NCBI GenBank assembly: GCA_043228905.1
Contig: JBHGNT010000064.1
Span: forward strand, 62,001 to 126,000
Reading direction: 5' to 3'
From: Azolla caroliniana
Lineage: Eukaryota; Plantae; Polypodiophyta
Length of the DNA stretch: 64,000 bases
Shown here: in pieces, positions 38,982-52,060 of the stretch
Numbering within the stretch: the stretch's first letter is position 1
Layout of the letters: every line of letters begins with the position of its first letter
Notes under the pieces: model-generated
Seen by the model: only the letters and a program-made list of their open reading frames with translations
Told to the model about the DNA's origin: nothing
Database searches by the model: none
Program-made: the position numbers and the translations under genes

Positions 38982-41900
38982 TGTTGGGAGACAGGTCCCT
39001 CCGGATGGGAAGGGAGAAGAACAGTGCTGATGAACAAACTCGACCGAGGCCGAAACCGTATGACGAGTACCCGGCTACGGAGAGCCGGATGGTGCAGACC
39101 CGATGAGAACCGGATGAGGAGTACCCGGCTACGGAGAGCCGGATGGTGCAGACCCGGTGAGAACCGGATGAGGAGTACCCGGCTACGGAGAGCCGGATGG
39201 TGTAGACCCGGTGAGAACCGGATGAGGAGTACCCGGCTACGGAGAGCCGGATGGTGCAGACCCGGTGAGAACCGGGTGAGGAGTACCCGGCTACGGAGAG
39301 CCGGATGGTGCAGACTCGGTGAGGAATGCTCATCGGATGAAGAGACATATTCGTAAATATGTTTTTGAGAGTCCATCGAGGCTATATTTGTAAATAACCG
39401 AAAAGTCATATTAGTATAAATATGACTTAGGGCAAACTTTTAGGCTGTTGTTGTTGTCATTCTTGTTGGTGCAAGAAAAGAGAGAGCGCGTAACTGTGTA
39501 CAGTGAGAGAGAGAGAGAAAGAGGTCGTTGCCTCTGTTGTAACCGCCGCCTGTGGCGAGGATCGTGAGCACGAGGTCGTTGCCTCCGTGAACTCACTATT
39601 GTACATTCTAACATAGTGATAGTTTGCAGCCTGTGGGCAGCCGTGGTTTTTCCCTTAGTTTGGGTTTTCCACGTAAACATCCTGCGTACACCTCTCTTCT
39701 TCGTGTCGTGCTTTATTTCCCGTTTTCTGTGTATGATTCTAAGCTCGGTTGTGGCCGAGCGTTGCGTATAGGGAGCGTTTAGTTCCTGTCAAGTGGTATC
39801 AGAGCGAAACGACACAGAAAATGGACGATTCGTTGGGAGGCATGTTCAAGCTCACCGGCTCCAACTATTCGGTATGGAAGTCGAAGATGAGGGACATGCT
39901 CGTGGTTAAAGACCTTTGGCTGCCGGTTCAGTTTGGGAACAAGAGACCGGACAAAATCGACGCCACGATATGGGAGGTGATGCACATGAAGACAACGACG
40001 TACATACGGTGCTTCATCGACATGAGCTTATACAACAACTTCAATGAAGAGAGCAAGGCTCATGAGCTCTGGGAGAACATCGGCATCATGTTTCAAAACA
40101 AAAATGATGTTAATCAGGTTTCGGTATTCCGGAAGCTAGTAAGACTCCGGTACTAAGATGGCTCCAGCATGGCGGAGCAACTGAATGCCTTCCAGGGACT
40201 GATACACTAGGCAACGTCATTGGAAGTACCTCTCGCCGACGAGGTACTAGCACTACTCCTGCTCGGTTCCCTCCCGGATAACTGGGAGACGTTGGTTGTC
40301 ACTTTGGGCAACATCGAGCCGGAAGGAAAGCGGTTATCCCTAGCAAGAGTAAAGTCGAGCTTGCTAGATGAGGAGGCGCGTCGGAAAGATAAAGATATGA
40401 GCTCCGATTCCAAGGCGCTCCTCACCGAATCAGAACGCGAAAGACATAGAAACCGTAGTCCCCAGAACCGAGAGAAGTCGGGGACACGGTCAAAGTCAAG
40501 GGGGAGGCCTACTTGCTTCTATTGCGGCAAGCCGGGACACTTCCAGAAGAACTGTCGGCATTTCCGAAAAGATAAGGAAACCGACGGTACCGATTCGAAG
40601 CGGACCTCGGACCGGAACGGTAAAGACCGGAGGGGGCTGGACCGGAAGGGAACGACGGCAATCGCGGCAAGTGAAGAAGAGTTGATGCTCATCACCGAGG
40701 AGAGTGAGATAAACCTTGCCGGCGACGAGATGACCTGGGTGGTAGACTCCGGAGCGTCGTTCCACCTTACCCCGGACCGGAAATGCTTCTCATCCTACTC
40801 AGCCGGTGATCACGGCTGTGTCCTGATGGGGAATGAAGGTACATGCCGAATTGTCGGCATAGGAGACGTGAGGCTGTCAACACCAACCGGATGCAAGTTG
40901 TTGCTAAAGGACGTTCAACACGTTCCGGAGGTTCGACTGAACCTGATATCAGCTGGTCGGCTAGATGATGAAGGCTACACAGGTAGCATCCAGAACGGTG
41001 TCATGAAGTTCAGCAAAGGGAGCCTGATTGTGGCTTGGGCCCGGAAGGTAAACACCTTGTACCTCATGAATGCCCGGTTATGTCTGGAGGAAGTGAAGGT
41101 GGCATCCGACACTGCCGGTGAGCTGTGGCACAAAAGGCTGTGTCACATGAGTGAGAAGGGGATGAAGAGGCTTGCAGACGACAACCTCATTCCAGTAAGA
41201 ATGTGCACTTCGAGAAGTGCACTGATTGTCTGGCCGGTAAGCAAAATCGGACCTCCTTCCGATCAAGGCCACCGATGAGACGTAATGCACCACTGGAGTT
41301 GGTGCATACTGATGTGTGTCAAGTGGACACGAAGTCACATGCAAGATCGCAGTACTTCGTGACGTTCATAGATGACCACAACCGGAAGCTGTGGGCCACA
41401 CCGTTGAAGACGAAGGATCAGGTGTTATCCGTCTTCAAAGAGCTCCACGCGAGAGTGGAAAGAGAAACCGGCCGGAAGCTGAAGGCGGTTCGAGCAGATA
41501 ACGGAGGAGAATACCGGGGGCAGTTCGAGGAGTACTGCCGCTCCAAGGGAATCCGGCTCGAATTTACCGTGCCGAAGACGCCGGAATTAAACGGATTAGC
41601 CGAGAGGATGAACCGGACCATAATGGAGAGGGTCCGGAGTATGCTAGCACATGCAAAACTACCCAAGAAGTTTTGGGCTGAGGCACTGTCGACGGCGACA
41701 TATGTGATAAACAGATCACCCTCAGTACCCTTGGATGGAGACGCCACAGAGAGTCTGGACCGGTAAGGAAGTGTCCTACCGGCATCTGAAGGTATTCGGG
41801 TGTCTCGCGTACGGGCATGTAGCTAAGGACCGGAGAGGAAAGTTGGATCGAAAGACCCGGCCATGCATATTCCTCGGTTACGGCGACGATGAGTTCGGCT

Positions 41901-42532
41901 ACCGAGTGTGGGACCTGGTCGACAAGAAGGTATTCCGGAGTCGAGATATTATCTTCATGGAGAACAAGACACTCGCCGATTGGGAGTCGGAGAAGAAGAT
42001 AATGAACTCCGAGTTGACCGGTAATGATCGATTCTACGACGAGCAGACCCAACCGGCAAGAGACCGGTTAGCACTCGAGGAACCAGCCGGTTACGGTGAG
42101 GATACCGAACCGGCAGAAGAAGTAGAGGAAGCTGAAACCGGAACCGGCCAAGACCCCGAATCGGATTCGGATGAAGAGCAAATGGAGGAGCCGATTATCG
42201 ATGCCCGAAGACGGAGATATCCTCTTAGAGAGAGAAGGGCGCCCCGGAGATTTCCGGATGCAGAGCATGTTCTGCTGACCGATGAGGGGGAGCCGAAAAG
42301 CTTCAAAGAAGCAAAGGATGACACCCACAACCACAAATGGTTAAGTGCCATGCAGGATGAGATGGATTCCCTGCATGAGAACCATACGTACGAATTGGTG
42401 GAGTTGCCGAAAGGAATGCGGGCACTCCGAAACAAGTGGGTGTACAAGTTGAAACCGAGAGATGCCGGCAACCCTCTGAGATACAAAGCCAGGATCACGG
42501 TGAAGGGGTTCCAGCAGAAGAAGGGTGTGGAC
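38982..42532 (+). mobile_element. Copia element C1 (Tork/Tnt1-like), 3'-truncated within RT
   Basis: LTR 38982-39791; PBS TGGTATCAGAGC at 39794; gag CFYCGKPGH; PR WVVDSGASFH; LWHKRLCH; INT VHTDVC..DNGGEY; RT start YKARITVKGFQQKKGVD. Confidence 0.9.
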
Positions 42533-42700
42533 AGAGATACACCTCGATTCTCTCCCTATTGAATGCGTGGTACCCAGGATTTCACCTTAGTCGACTTGTA
42601 CCTACCTACTTACTATACAACGAAAAGTGTGCTCGCATGTAAGGGCCGGTTTACACGTGCTAAACTCGGTTTCCGCCTAGGGACGGTTTTCTTCACGACA
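42533..42700 (-). mobile_element. LTR-end remnant of another Trp-lineage element
   Basis: Ends in CTTCACGACA like the E LTR terminus; E sequence resumes at 42701. Confidence 0.5.
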
Positions 42701-45700
42701 CCGTGTTTGGTTTTGATTGGCCAATTCCCCTTTTTGTAGAAGTCCATGGACATCGGGTTAATTTCTGACCCGTGGTCGATTAATGCTACCACCGGTTCCT
42801 TCACGTCCCCGATACGGACATGGGTTTCTGTAGTCGCTCTTGCCTAGTGCGCCTTGGCATAGTGGCTTTCTGCAAGCTCGTCTTCCGCGACCATCTCGTC
42901 GAGGAGTGCTGTCCTTACTTCAACTGGCTTCTCAGGTTTTGGTTCCGTCGCGAGATGCTTTCTCTTCACGAGGTCCACGATGCTATCGTGGAATTCCCTT
43001 CTCACTATGCCAAGCACTTCCCTAAGCGTGAGTTCTATGTGACTGTCGAGAACTCGCTCCTCTGGAACCTTCTATAGGTTCATTGTTTTCTCGATTTCCG
43101 AGCTTAAACGGAAGCTCAGAGTCCTGCCCTTCTCCTTCTCCTAGGACCTGGTCGGAGTGGCCTCGTGCCCTTTCGGCGTGCTTCGGGTGTTATTCCTCCC
43201 CGAAGGGCCTGCTCCCCCGGTTTTCCCCGCTCGCCTTTCGTTGATCAGGGCCTCGTAGTTCCTGCACGCGGCCTCCACAAAGCCGGTGCTCTCCTCAACG
43301 GGGTCATTCCAGCCGGTAACTTCACGCACACGCTCCTGCGTGCGCTCCGCTTCTCCTTTCCGCAACCTTCCTCCATACAAGGTCTCGAGAACAACCGGCC
43401 ATAACCCAAGGTATGAATCGGGTTTGGCCGCCCTTTCGCCTACACGAATGCCGGCCGAAGCCAAGTAGTGGACGGCTTCGACGTGCCGTGCCGCGGCTTC
43501 TTCCATTAGCCTCTTCATGCCACCTCGTCCGAAATTTGTAGGTCTCTAAGTAACTCATGGTGTCTTTTCCACTGAACTGGCCTATCTTGTCGATCGTTGC
43601 TTCTATGGCCTTGTCGAGGGCACTTGCGTCCTCGTGAGCGCTAACCAGGCGGTCTACCGCCACCGCCATTGCTTCTGCAAGTTTGCTCCCTCTTATTTTC
43701 AGATTCCTTTGCCGCCCTTCACGTCGGGTTCACCAAATATGTCGAGGAAATCTTCGTAGATGCATAGAAGTTGGGCAAGACCATGGGGGTCTTGAACCAA
43801 GGAATCGAGAAGTGAGGTGGTAGAGTTTGTGGTTTACGTGAGCCCTGAGACCGCGGTTTAAACCGAAAGATTAGCAAAACGAGAGAGATAATGTAAGAGG
43901 AGGAACGTGCGTAGACACAGGCGCAAACGATAAGCTAAGAATAGCTTGCGTTCCCTAGATAAACTTCTATTAATCAATATATGCGCGTGGCACTGTGGGT
44001 GATTACAATCGGATCAGTGTCGGTGTTCGAGCGGGGGCTCTACAGTAGTCAGCTACGGAGATGAGTGGGCACACAGAAGGTCGATCCCCTGGTCGAGAGC
44101 ACTTGGGCGTCTGACGCGAGCAGGGGAAGCGCCTTCCGGTGGCACGTCGTAGGACTCCTTGTCTTCATTTCTCTTTGTTTCCCTTTCTCCTCTCTCTAAA
44201 ATTGACATCCATAAAAACAGTCGAGGGTTGGCCCTTTTATAGCACAAGGAGCGACCGTTACAGAGCATTCATGGCCTTGTCGCTTTAACTCCCTAAATTA
44301 CCCCCCCCGCCCCCCGATTCACTCTCCTCATAACTCTCCCTACTTACACGATGTCTGAATCCTTATTAATGCTTTAACTACCTAATACACCTCCTTTTTC
44401 CTATGGCTAGCCCTTACACTATCTAATTCACTAGGGGTGTGCACTCGTGCACACTAGTGCTCCCGCGTGTTTCACATTCTTTCTACCGATGGCCCGGAAT
44501 CTTCACGACAGCGGCGTCCCGGAAGACATGCGAGGCCAAGCGGGCCAAGAGGACGAGAGTCGGGGTGAAGCGGTAATGAGAGTCGCCAACACGGAGGTCG
44601 GGATGACGGTACGCTCTACGGTGAGAGAGCACAACGAGCAAAGGAGAAGCGAGGAGGGCGTAATGGGGTCGCCAAGGGACCGAAGGACGAGCGCGTGTTT
44701 GGGAGAAAACAAGGGCACACGGAAAGAGCCTGCGGAAGGTGAGTGCGGAATGGAGGGAATCGGCACGAGGTGTTCGAGACGAAGAGAGGATCAAGCCAGA
44801 GATAGAACACAAGCTGTGTGCGAGGGGTGGAATCCGGCGAGCAAACGTGGTGACGAGGGCCTAATCGGAGGACCTATGCGGCGGACAAAGAAAGAGTGAC
44901 CGGATCGGCAATGGCGATCGGGAGGACCGACTGGGGAGGAAGGTGCATGCGGTGGATATGGTGGTTCGGATGGAGTCAATGTTTCGGGGACACACGGTGG
45001 ACGTGTGGATTGGTTGGAGCCGACGGCTCGAGGATGTGCGACGTATACGATGGAACGGGATGCTACGACGGTTCGTGCGGAAGGGACGGGCGTGCTCGAA
45101 ATGGAAGACGAAGTCCAGCAAGGCCAACGAGGACGTGCCAGACCTCGGTTTTATCACCATGGCTGAAAAATCTCACCTCTTCTCCTTTCTTGGCACATAC
45201 CGGTGGATGTGCGGTTTGGTGGGGGCGGATGTCGTGATGATTTTCATCCATAGTGAGAAAACCGAGTGGGATAAAGAAAATGGGGATGTGCAACGTTGCA
45301 CATGCACTTGTACATTTGTACATAAAAAAAAGATAACAAAATGTAAAGGGGAAGGGCATTAACCTAAGGTGCTAAAGGTGCTTCACGGAGTTTGTTAAGT
45401 GTAAATGTGATGTGCACTTGGTGGACTAGATAGAGGTACGTGAAGAATAAGTGAAGGGAGTAATGGGCATTGAATAGGACGGCTAGAGAAGTGAGAGTTA
45501 TGGCCAACGATCTCAAGATCGAGATCAAATATTCTCCTTTGAAAAGGAGAAGGGGGTTTGACCACTCTTGTAATGTGCCTCACCCCTTACTACTATAAAA
45601 GGGAGTGAGGGGTCACTTTGGAAGGGGTTGCCTATTTTGGGTAAGGGAGGCATACCACTTAGGTCAAGGGTTTCCTATTCGGTTTTAGGGTTTCGATTAG

Positions 45701-48485
45701 GTTTTCTTGTAGTCATTGGGTGCGGCCTATGGGGGGCCATGGTTGTAATGCGTGTGGTGTTCTTAATACAAACCATTTGTGTATCTTGCCTCCATCATTT
45801 TCTTGTTCAATGTTAATGTTTTATTCCTCCTCCTCTTGAGCTAAGATTCCATTTCTTGTCTTACTCTTTCTCTTCTACTCCCTAGTCCAAGACCCCCGTG
45901 ATCCCGCCTCGGATCCTACACGCGCTCGCGGAATATCGCGACAACGCGAGACCGGAAGAAAGATCAAGTGTTTGAGATCGGATGGCGGAAAGGAGTATTT
46001 TTCCGATCAGTTCACGAGCTACCTGTAGACGAAGGGAATCCGACGGGAATTCTCTTGCAGATACATGCCGGAGGAGAACGACATGGCTGAGCGTCGGAAC
46101 AAGATGCTGGTAGAAGCAACAAGGATGATGCTTGAGGAGAAAATCATGCCCACGTTTTATTGGGCCGAAGCAATTGGATAGCCGTCTACATCCAGAATCA
46201 GATATCCACCTTAGGAACAAAGGTGTTGCTGCACAAACTGTATTTCAAGCAGAAGCCGAATTTGGCACACCTTCAGGTGTTCGGTACGATTGCATATGTG
46301 CATGTACCAAAAGAAAAATGGAGGAAGTTAGATGCAAAAGCCGAAAAGTGCATTCTTGTTGGCTATTTGAATGAACAGAAGGGTTATAAGTGTTATAACC
46401 TCCGATCGAAGGTGGTCCGACTTAGCTGAGATGTCGTTTTTGATGAATCGACATCTTGGTACTTCTCCCGCCTGAGCCCGAGCCAATCACTATTGATGAT
46501 CTGGTGGAATCCGGAACAGAAAGAAGAGTCGTGGAATCCGAACAACCGGATAGTCCGACGTCTCTCCAGATGAGTGGACCGAATCCGGACTAGTTGCATC
46601 GGAGTGGTCAACTGGATGATGAGCCGGCGAGTAGCGGAGACTTAGCTCTGCTTTTGTGTGCAAGGAACCGAGGAGACAGTTCACGCGCAAAGAAAAAAGG
46701 AAGAAGAAGATGCTGGAATATGCCACCGGTAGTGACGAGTCGGATCAGAGCGAGAACGACTTTGGGAAGAACGAAGACAGACCTTTGGGAACGAAGTCTG
46801 ATCCGGCGAAGAGGCCTTGAGATTGGCTAACGAGAGGTTACGCTGATCCACCCGCCAGAAGAACGCCGTAAAAAGGTACAGATATGATGAGTACATGGTG
46901 CATCACTATGCGTACATGACGAAAGTGGCAGAGGTGTGTGAGCCGGAGAACTACGCAGAAGTGGCAAGGGACACAAATTGGCGTGCCGCTATGGAGGAAG
47001 AGATGCACACACTCACGGAGAATGAAATGTGGGATTTAGTGGACGTACCGAAAGGAGTGAAGCCGATGGGTTGCCGATGGGTAAACAAGGTCAAATACAA
47101 CATCGATGGCTCCGTCAACTGGTACAAGGCCCGGTTAGTGGCCAAGGGCTACGCGCAACAGCACGACATCGACTACGATGAGACGTTTGCGCCGGTCGCG
47201 AAGATGACGACCATCCGTGCTCTGCTTGTGATGGTAGCGGCGAAGGGGTGGCATCTACATCAAATGGATGTAACGAACGTGTTCCTACAAGGTGATCTTG
47301 TGGAACAAGTGTATATGGTTCAACACCCCGGTTTTCAATCTAGAATGAATACATCGGCAATGTGTTGATTGAAGAAGTCCCTCTAAGGACTCAAACATGC
47401 CCACGCGCCTGGAACGTGAAGATCACGCAAAGACTGCATCGGATGGGGTTTACTACGTTGAAATTAGACTCTTCTCTCTTCATTCCGCAAGGTCGGAACG
47501 GGCCGATAAGTATTTTACTTTATGTTAATGATTTAGTCATTGCTGATGCCGACCTGGACGAAATCAGCCGCGTCAAATGTTACCGATTAGGAACCAACCT
47601 ACCCTCAGTCCTTCGGGTTAGGGCTCAAGGAGGTTGTGGTACAGAAAATGGATTAGCGTAGTAGGTCTAGTCTCAGCGTAAGACAAGGGTAAAGCGTCAC
47701 TAAGTGTCTTCGAAGGTAGGGCATTAACCGGAGACAGCTAAAACCCAGCTCCTTCCTACCGTGCGTAATTGTACACCGATACATTACTTACCCTAAGAAT
47801 GGATACGCTTACGGACGACATAGAGACAGAGAGTAAATAGGTGGAGAACACTTGGCACGCCTGTGGGATAGTGCCATGGCACGTCGGAACCATCCTCTTC
47901 TACTCGTTGTCCAAAATATTGCAGATATTAGGTTCCTGCAGCTCGTCGTTGCTTGTCATAACTGGTGGTGTCGTAGCGTGGCTGGGCTTGTCAATTTGTG
48001 GCTCGACCAGTGGTTCCTCCCGTAGTGCCTCTATAGGCGGCTCCAGCCGTATCTCGTGCTCCGCGCCTATGGAGGTATGGTCGGGGTTGCTTTGCAGCTC
48101 CGATGGTTGCAATGGGCATGTGTTCGGCCGTGGTTCTTCTTGGATTGTTTCTTCGTAGTGACTACCGAAGCGGGGAATATCTCATTCGGTGCGGTCGTCA
48201 TAGTCACCTCCGGAGCGCCCGTTTGTTCAATCGGGCTCTCGTTCTGCTCCGCAGAATCACTACCCTGTAGGGTGATGGCCTCCGCCTTCTTCATCTCTTC
48301 CACCCTTTGATATTCGCTTTCTATGTTGCACAACTGGCAGAATGCTTCTTCTTGACTTTCAACGAAGTCTTCTAATGGATGTGCCATTTCTTTGGTGTTA
48401 TGGTCAGTCAAAGTTTGGTAATCCTGCGTAAGGTCTTCGCAAACCGTAGAGATGCTTTCTTCGCTTAGTTTGTAAAAACCTTTTC

Positions 48486-50999
48486 TGTCACGGATCATAA
48501 ACTCAAGAGACAAGCAAGAAGATAACCAAATGGACAAGAAAGAAGATAGTATTAAAGGAAAGACTCCATAACTGGTGTTGTTCACCTTGAATTCCTTCAA
48601 GGTGAACTCCTCTATTTATACTACATGGCATGCATACTTGTTGCACGCATGTGAATCTACAATAGAGCATGTAGGTATGCATGCATGTGCCAAGTGTAAA
48701 TACTACAAGGGAGCAACTATGCACATGATGCTAGCAAAATAATAAGGACCAATTACATACATAACTAGTACTAGATATCTTGGTTAACTCATAATACTAG
48801 ATTATAACATGGTCGTGTCAAGAGTTCGAATCTTGACATTATCCCCCCTCTTACGCCGCCTTCCCAAATCGGCCGCTGGTTTGTGGGGATATCGGTGATG
48901 AAAATCTTGGACGACCTCGGGGGCATTTTGTAAATTTGCCGATGGTTCCCATGTGGCCTCAGACATGGGGTAACCCCTCCATAGGACGAGGTATTGCAAG
49001 TGTCGACGGTGCCAACACGAGTCACGGATTTGGTCGACCTCGTATTCCTCCCCTGTCGTCAATTGCACAGGTGGTGGTGGTGGGGCTTGACATCCTGGGA
49101 GTTGTGAAGCATAATGGGGTTCGAGGAGGGAGACATGAAAAACATCGTGAATCCGGAAGTGGGATGGAAGGGTGAGCCGGAAGGCGACGGGATTGATGCA
49201 CTCGATGATACGGAATGGTCCCAACTTCTTGTAATCAAGTTTCGCACATGGACGAGTAGTAGAGATGTGTCGACGTAACAACCAGACCATGTCTCCAACG
49301 ACAAAGTGTGGAGTGGAAGATCAATGGCGATCAGCCTGCTTCTTGTATCGTTCACTTGCAAGACTAAGCTCCAAGGATAAATCATGATGTACTTCTTCCA
49401 AAATGCGGGCGCGATCCTCCGCCGAAGGGTTCACGGAAGTGGTAGGAAGGGAAATGTTGAAGCGAGGATGTAAACTGTAGTTGGCAAAGAAGGGAGTGAC
49501 GCCAGTCGATGCATGGAGAGAATTATTGTAGCCGAATTCCGCGAGCGAAAGTAAGTTGACCCAATCATCTTGTTGGTAACTAACCGAGCACCGAAGATAC
49601 TGCTCAAGGATTTGGTTGACACGCTCCGTTTTCCTGTCAGTTTGGGGGTGATAAGCGGAGGACAACTTGACAGAGATGCCTAAAGTTTGTAGCAGGTGCT
49701 GCCAGAAGTGAGAGACAAACTAGGGTCCGCGATCCGAGATGACATCATCGGGGGGAGTCCATGCAAGCGTACTACATTGTTGAGTAGGAGTTGCACCATT
49801 CCTTCTCCGGAAATGGTTTTGGAGCATGGAGTGAAGTGAGCCATCTTCGTAAACCGATCGACAACGACCAACACCGAGTCATAGCTATTGACCAAGGGTA
49901 GATACGCACCTTCTTGAAGATCAATCGGACAGTCGTAGAGCCGGTGTTCAGGCAACTGATCAACATTACATTTTTCAAATACGTCGGAGAAGTGTTGGTA
50001 TTTTTCGGGAATAACATGGAGTGTGTTAGAAATGGCGCCACAAACAAACCCATCCTGGACGGATGATGGGGTAGTCAATTCGGAGTCGACCGTCTCCGAA
50101 GGATAGGAAACTGAATTTACCTTCATACTTTTGCACGAGCATCTTGGCTTGCTAAATGTGATCCAGCGGTTGCACCAATCCACTATTGGATTGTGCGCCT
50201 CCAACCACGTTAGTCCTAAGACGATCGGATGTCGAGGAGATGCGATGAGGTAAAAGGTGAGCTCCTCTTGGTGTGAGCCCACCCGAAGCCCTAATGGGAT
50301 TGTAACTTGAGTAATTGCACCTGACGAGAGGACGCACCCGTCGATGGCTTCAACTGGAATGGGTTTTGAGAGGCCAACGACAGGTATGCCATGTGCTTGG
50401 GCAAACGCGACGTCGATGAAGCAAGAAGATGCCCCAGAATCAAGTAAAGCAACAGACTGAATGGAACTAGAGTTAAACGAAAGCCATACCTCCAATGTGA
50501 AATTGCCTGATGGTCCGGCAATGGAACCAAGAGAATGTGGGCGACGGGAGATGTCCAGTTGCATGGCTCCTACTGCAACCGAACGATGTCGTTTTCCGGA
50601 TGTTGGGGTCCGTTAACTCGATGGAATTGTGGGCGAGTACTCCTAGGACAATGGCGAACGACATGACCAGAGGCGCCACAATACATGCACAAGCCATTAG
50701 CCCGCCGAAATTGTTGTTCAACATCAGTCAATGGCCGAAATCGGGCTTGATCAATTTCCATGGGGACAGGAGCATCTGCCGAAGTAGGCGAGTGTGAGGA
50801 TGCTTGGGGTTGTATGACCGGGGCGTGGTGTGGAAGTGAATGAGGTGGAACCCAAGTCCGGCGCTCTTCTTGGCGAAATTCGAAAAGACGATTGTCACAA
50901 TGGACTGCTTGTGAAATCGCTTGGGATAATGAGGTGGGCTCCGGAAAGTTTAAGAGAAAATTCTTGACATTGCTTCGAAGACCGCGCCAAATCTTGACA
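48486..50999 (-). mobile_element. Internally deleted chromovirus H (Tcn1-like)
   Basis: 3' LTR 48486-48838 with PPT AAGAGGGGGGATAA; chromodomain EYEVDQIRDS..QYLVLWRGY..EATWEP; GPF/VFHVSLLEP integrase tail; PR ALLDSGASSCF; gag CMYCGASGH; RT/RH deleted; TSD TTTTC at 48481-48485 and 51000-51004. Confidence 0.87.
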
Positions 51000-52060
51000 T
51001 TTTCCTTCCTTACGCCGATTTTCCCAATCCGGCCCATCCTCTGTCTAACGCTGCTTGTAATTGGGTCGTAAACTGTCCGTGCTTTGTTTGGAGGAGGGTG
51101 TTGTATGCGTCGATTTCCACTGCCTGCGCCGCCCATTCGGCCCATCCTCTATCTAATGTTGCTTGTAATTGGGTCATAAACCGTTCGTGCTTTGTTTGGA
51201 GGAGGGTGCGTATACGGTCCGTGCTCCAGTTCGTGCGGGCCTGTAAGTCCTCCATAGCCTCCTTGAGGTTCTCAAATTTCCTCATGTAGGCTACTACTGC
51301 TTCTTCATAATGTGTCTTCATTTGTGCCCAAATTTTCGACTCCTTCTCATGGAGCTCCTCTAGCCGGCCCATCTCCTTGTTGAGTCATATTTCAACATCA
51401 TGCTTGAGTTGGCGCTCGTGCTCGAGCTGTTCGTCATACCACTCTCGCTTTTTCTATGACGCCTCTCTGAGCGCCCGTGATGGTGCCTTCCTTCTTGGTC
51501 CGTTCCTCGTGGATCTTGTCCCTCTCTGCCTTCATTTGGCAATGTGCAACCACTTCCACGTCGAGCTTTTCTTGAATTGCATTGACCGCCTTATGTCCTT
51601 TTGCTCGAATGTCTGCTTCTCTGTTTGAGGATTGATGGAGTTCTGACCTAAGACGGTCAATCTCAGACTCGGCTAGCTCAGTATCGCTTTTTGCTTTAGC
51701 TGTTATTGCTTTTTGAGCCTTTCCCTCCTCTCGTAGGGTTTGTAGGGTGGTCGTCTCGGAGATAGGAGCGGGAACTAATTGCGCCATTGGTGCGCTGCTC
51801 TCAAGCTCCGTAATATGCTCTTGTGCTTTAGTCAGCTACTCCTAGGTTACTTTCACGGTTTTCCAAAGTTTTTGTTCTTCATTGCCATATCTTTGCCGCC
51901 CAGGGTGACCTTTGCCAACTCCCTCTGAACCTCGACTAAGGCCATATTAAGCAGGGGGAGCTCGATCCCTACGTGGTGAACACCCACATTTCTCTTCCTT
52001 CCTACCCGCGCAAGTGGACCTTCTTCTTCGCTTTTCGTCGTCCGTGTTAGAACATGTTCA

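Larger units (their letters stand above)
33441..44510 (-). mobile_element. tRNA-Trp-primed Ty3/gypsy element E with degenerate gag-pol
   Basis: LTRs 43740-44510 (5') and 33441-34196 (3'); PBS TGGTGAACCCGACGTGAA (rc of 43718-43735); PPT GGTTTAGTGGGGGTGGA; 4-bp TSD GCGG; PR ALIDHGSEIN, RT YSNRWFTVPKKNG and FLEDIPIKG, RH VDTSPTGIGW..KRELWG, INT YNPEANGKIERGH. Confidence 0.9.
19126..45943 (+). mobile_element. tRNA-Trp-primed Ty3/gypsy element D, non-autonomous (gag remnant, no pol)
   Basis: 5' LTR split into 19126-19303, 27619-27969 and 31023-31210; 3' LTR 45230-45943; PBS TGGTGAACCCGACATGAA at 31215; PPT GGTGGGGGCGGA before 45230; 4-bp TSD ACGT/ACGC. Confidence 0.85.
13827..47577 (+). mobile_element. 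Copia element A (outer host); pieces 13827-15754, 18787-19125, 45948-47577; 3' end not found
   Basis: LTR 13827-14260 (TG..CA); PBS TGGTATCAAAGC (tRNA-iMet type) at 14261; gag with CWYCGRKGH knuckle; protease WYVDSGASNHMT; LWHKR|ISHIN across insertion B1; integrase FIDDFTRHTW..VER|ETGRKIKCLRSDGG across insertion D; RT YKARLVAKGY, HQMDV, LLYVNDL. Confidence 0.88.
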
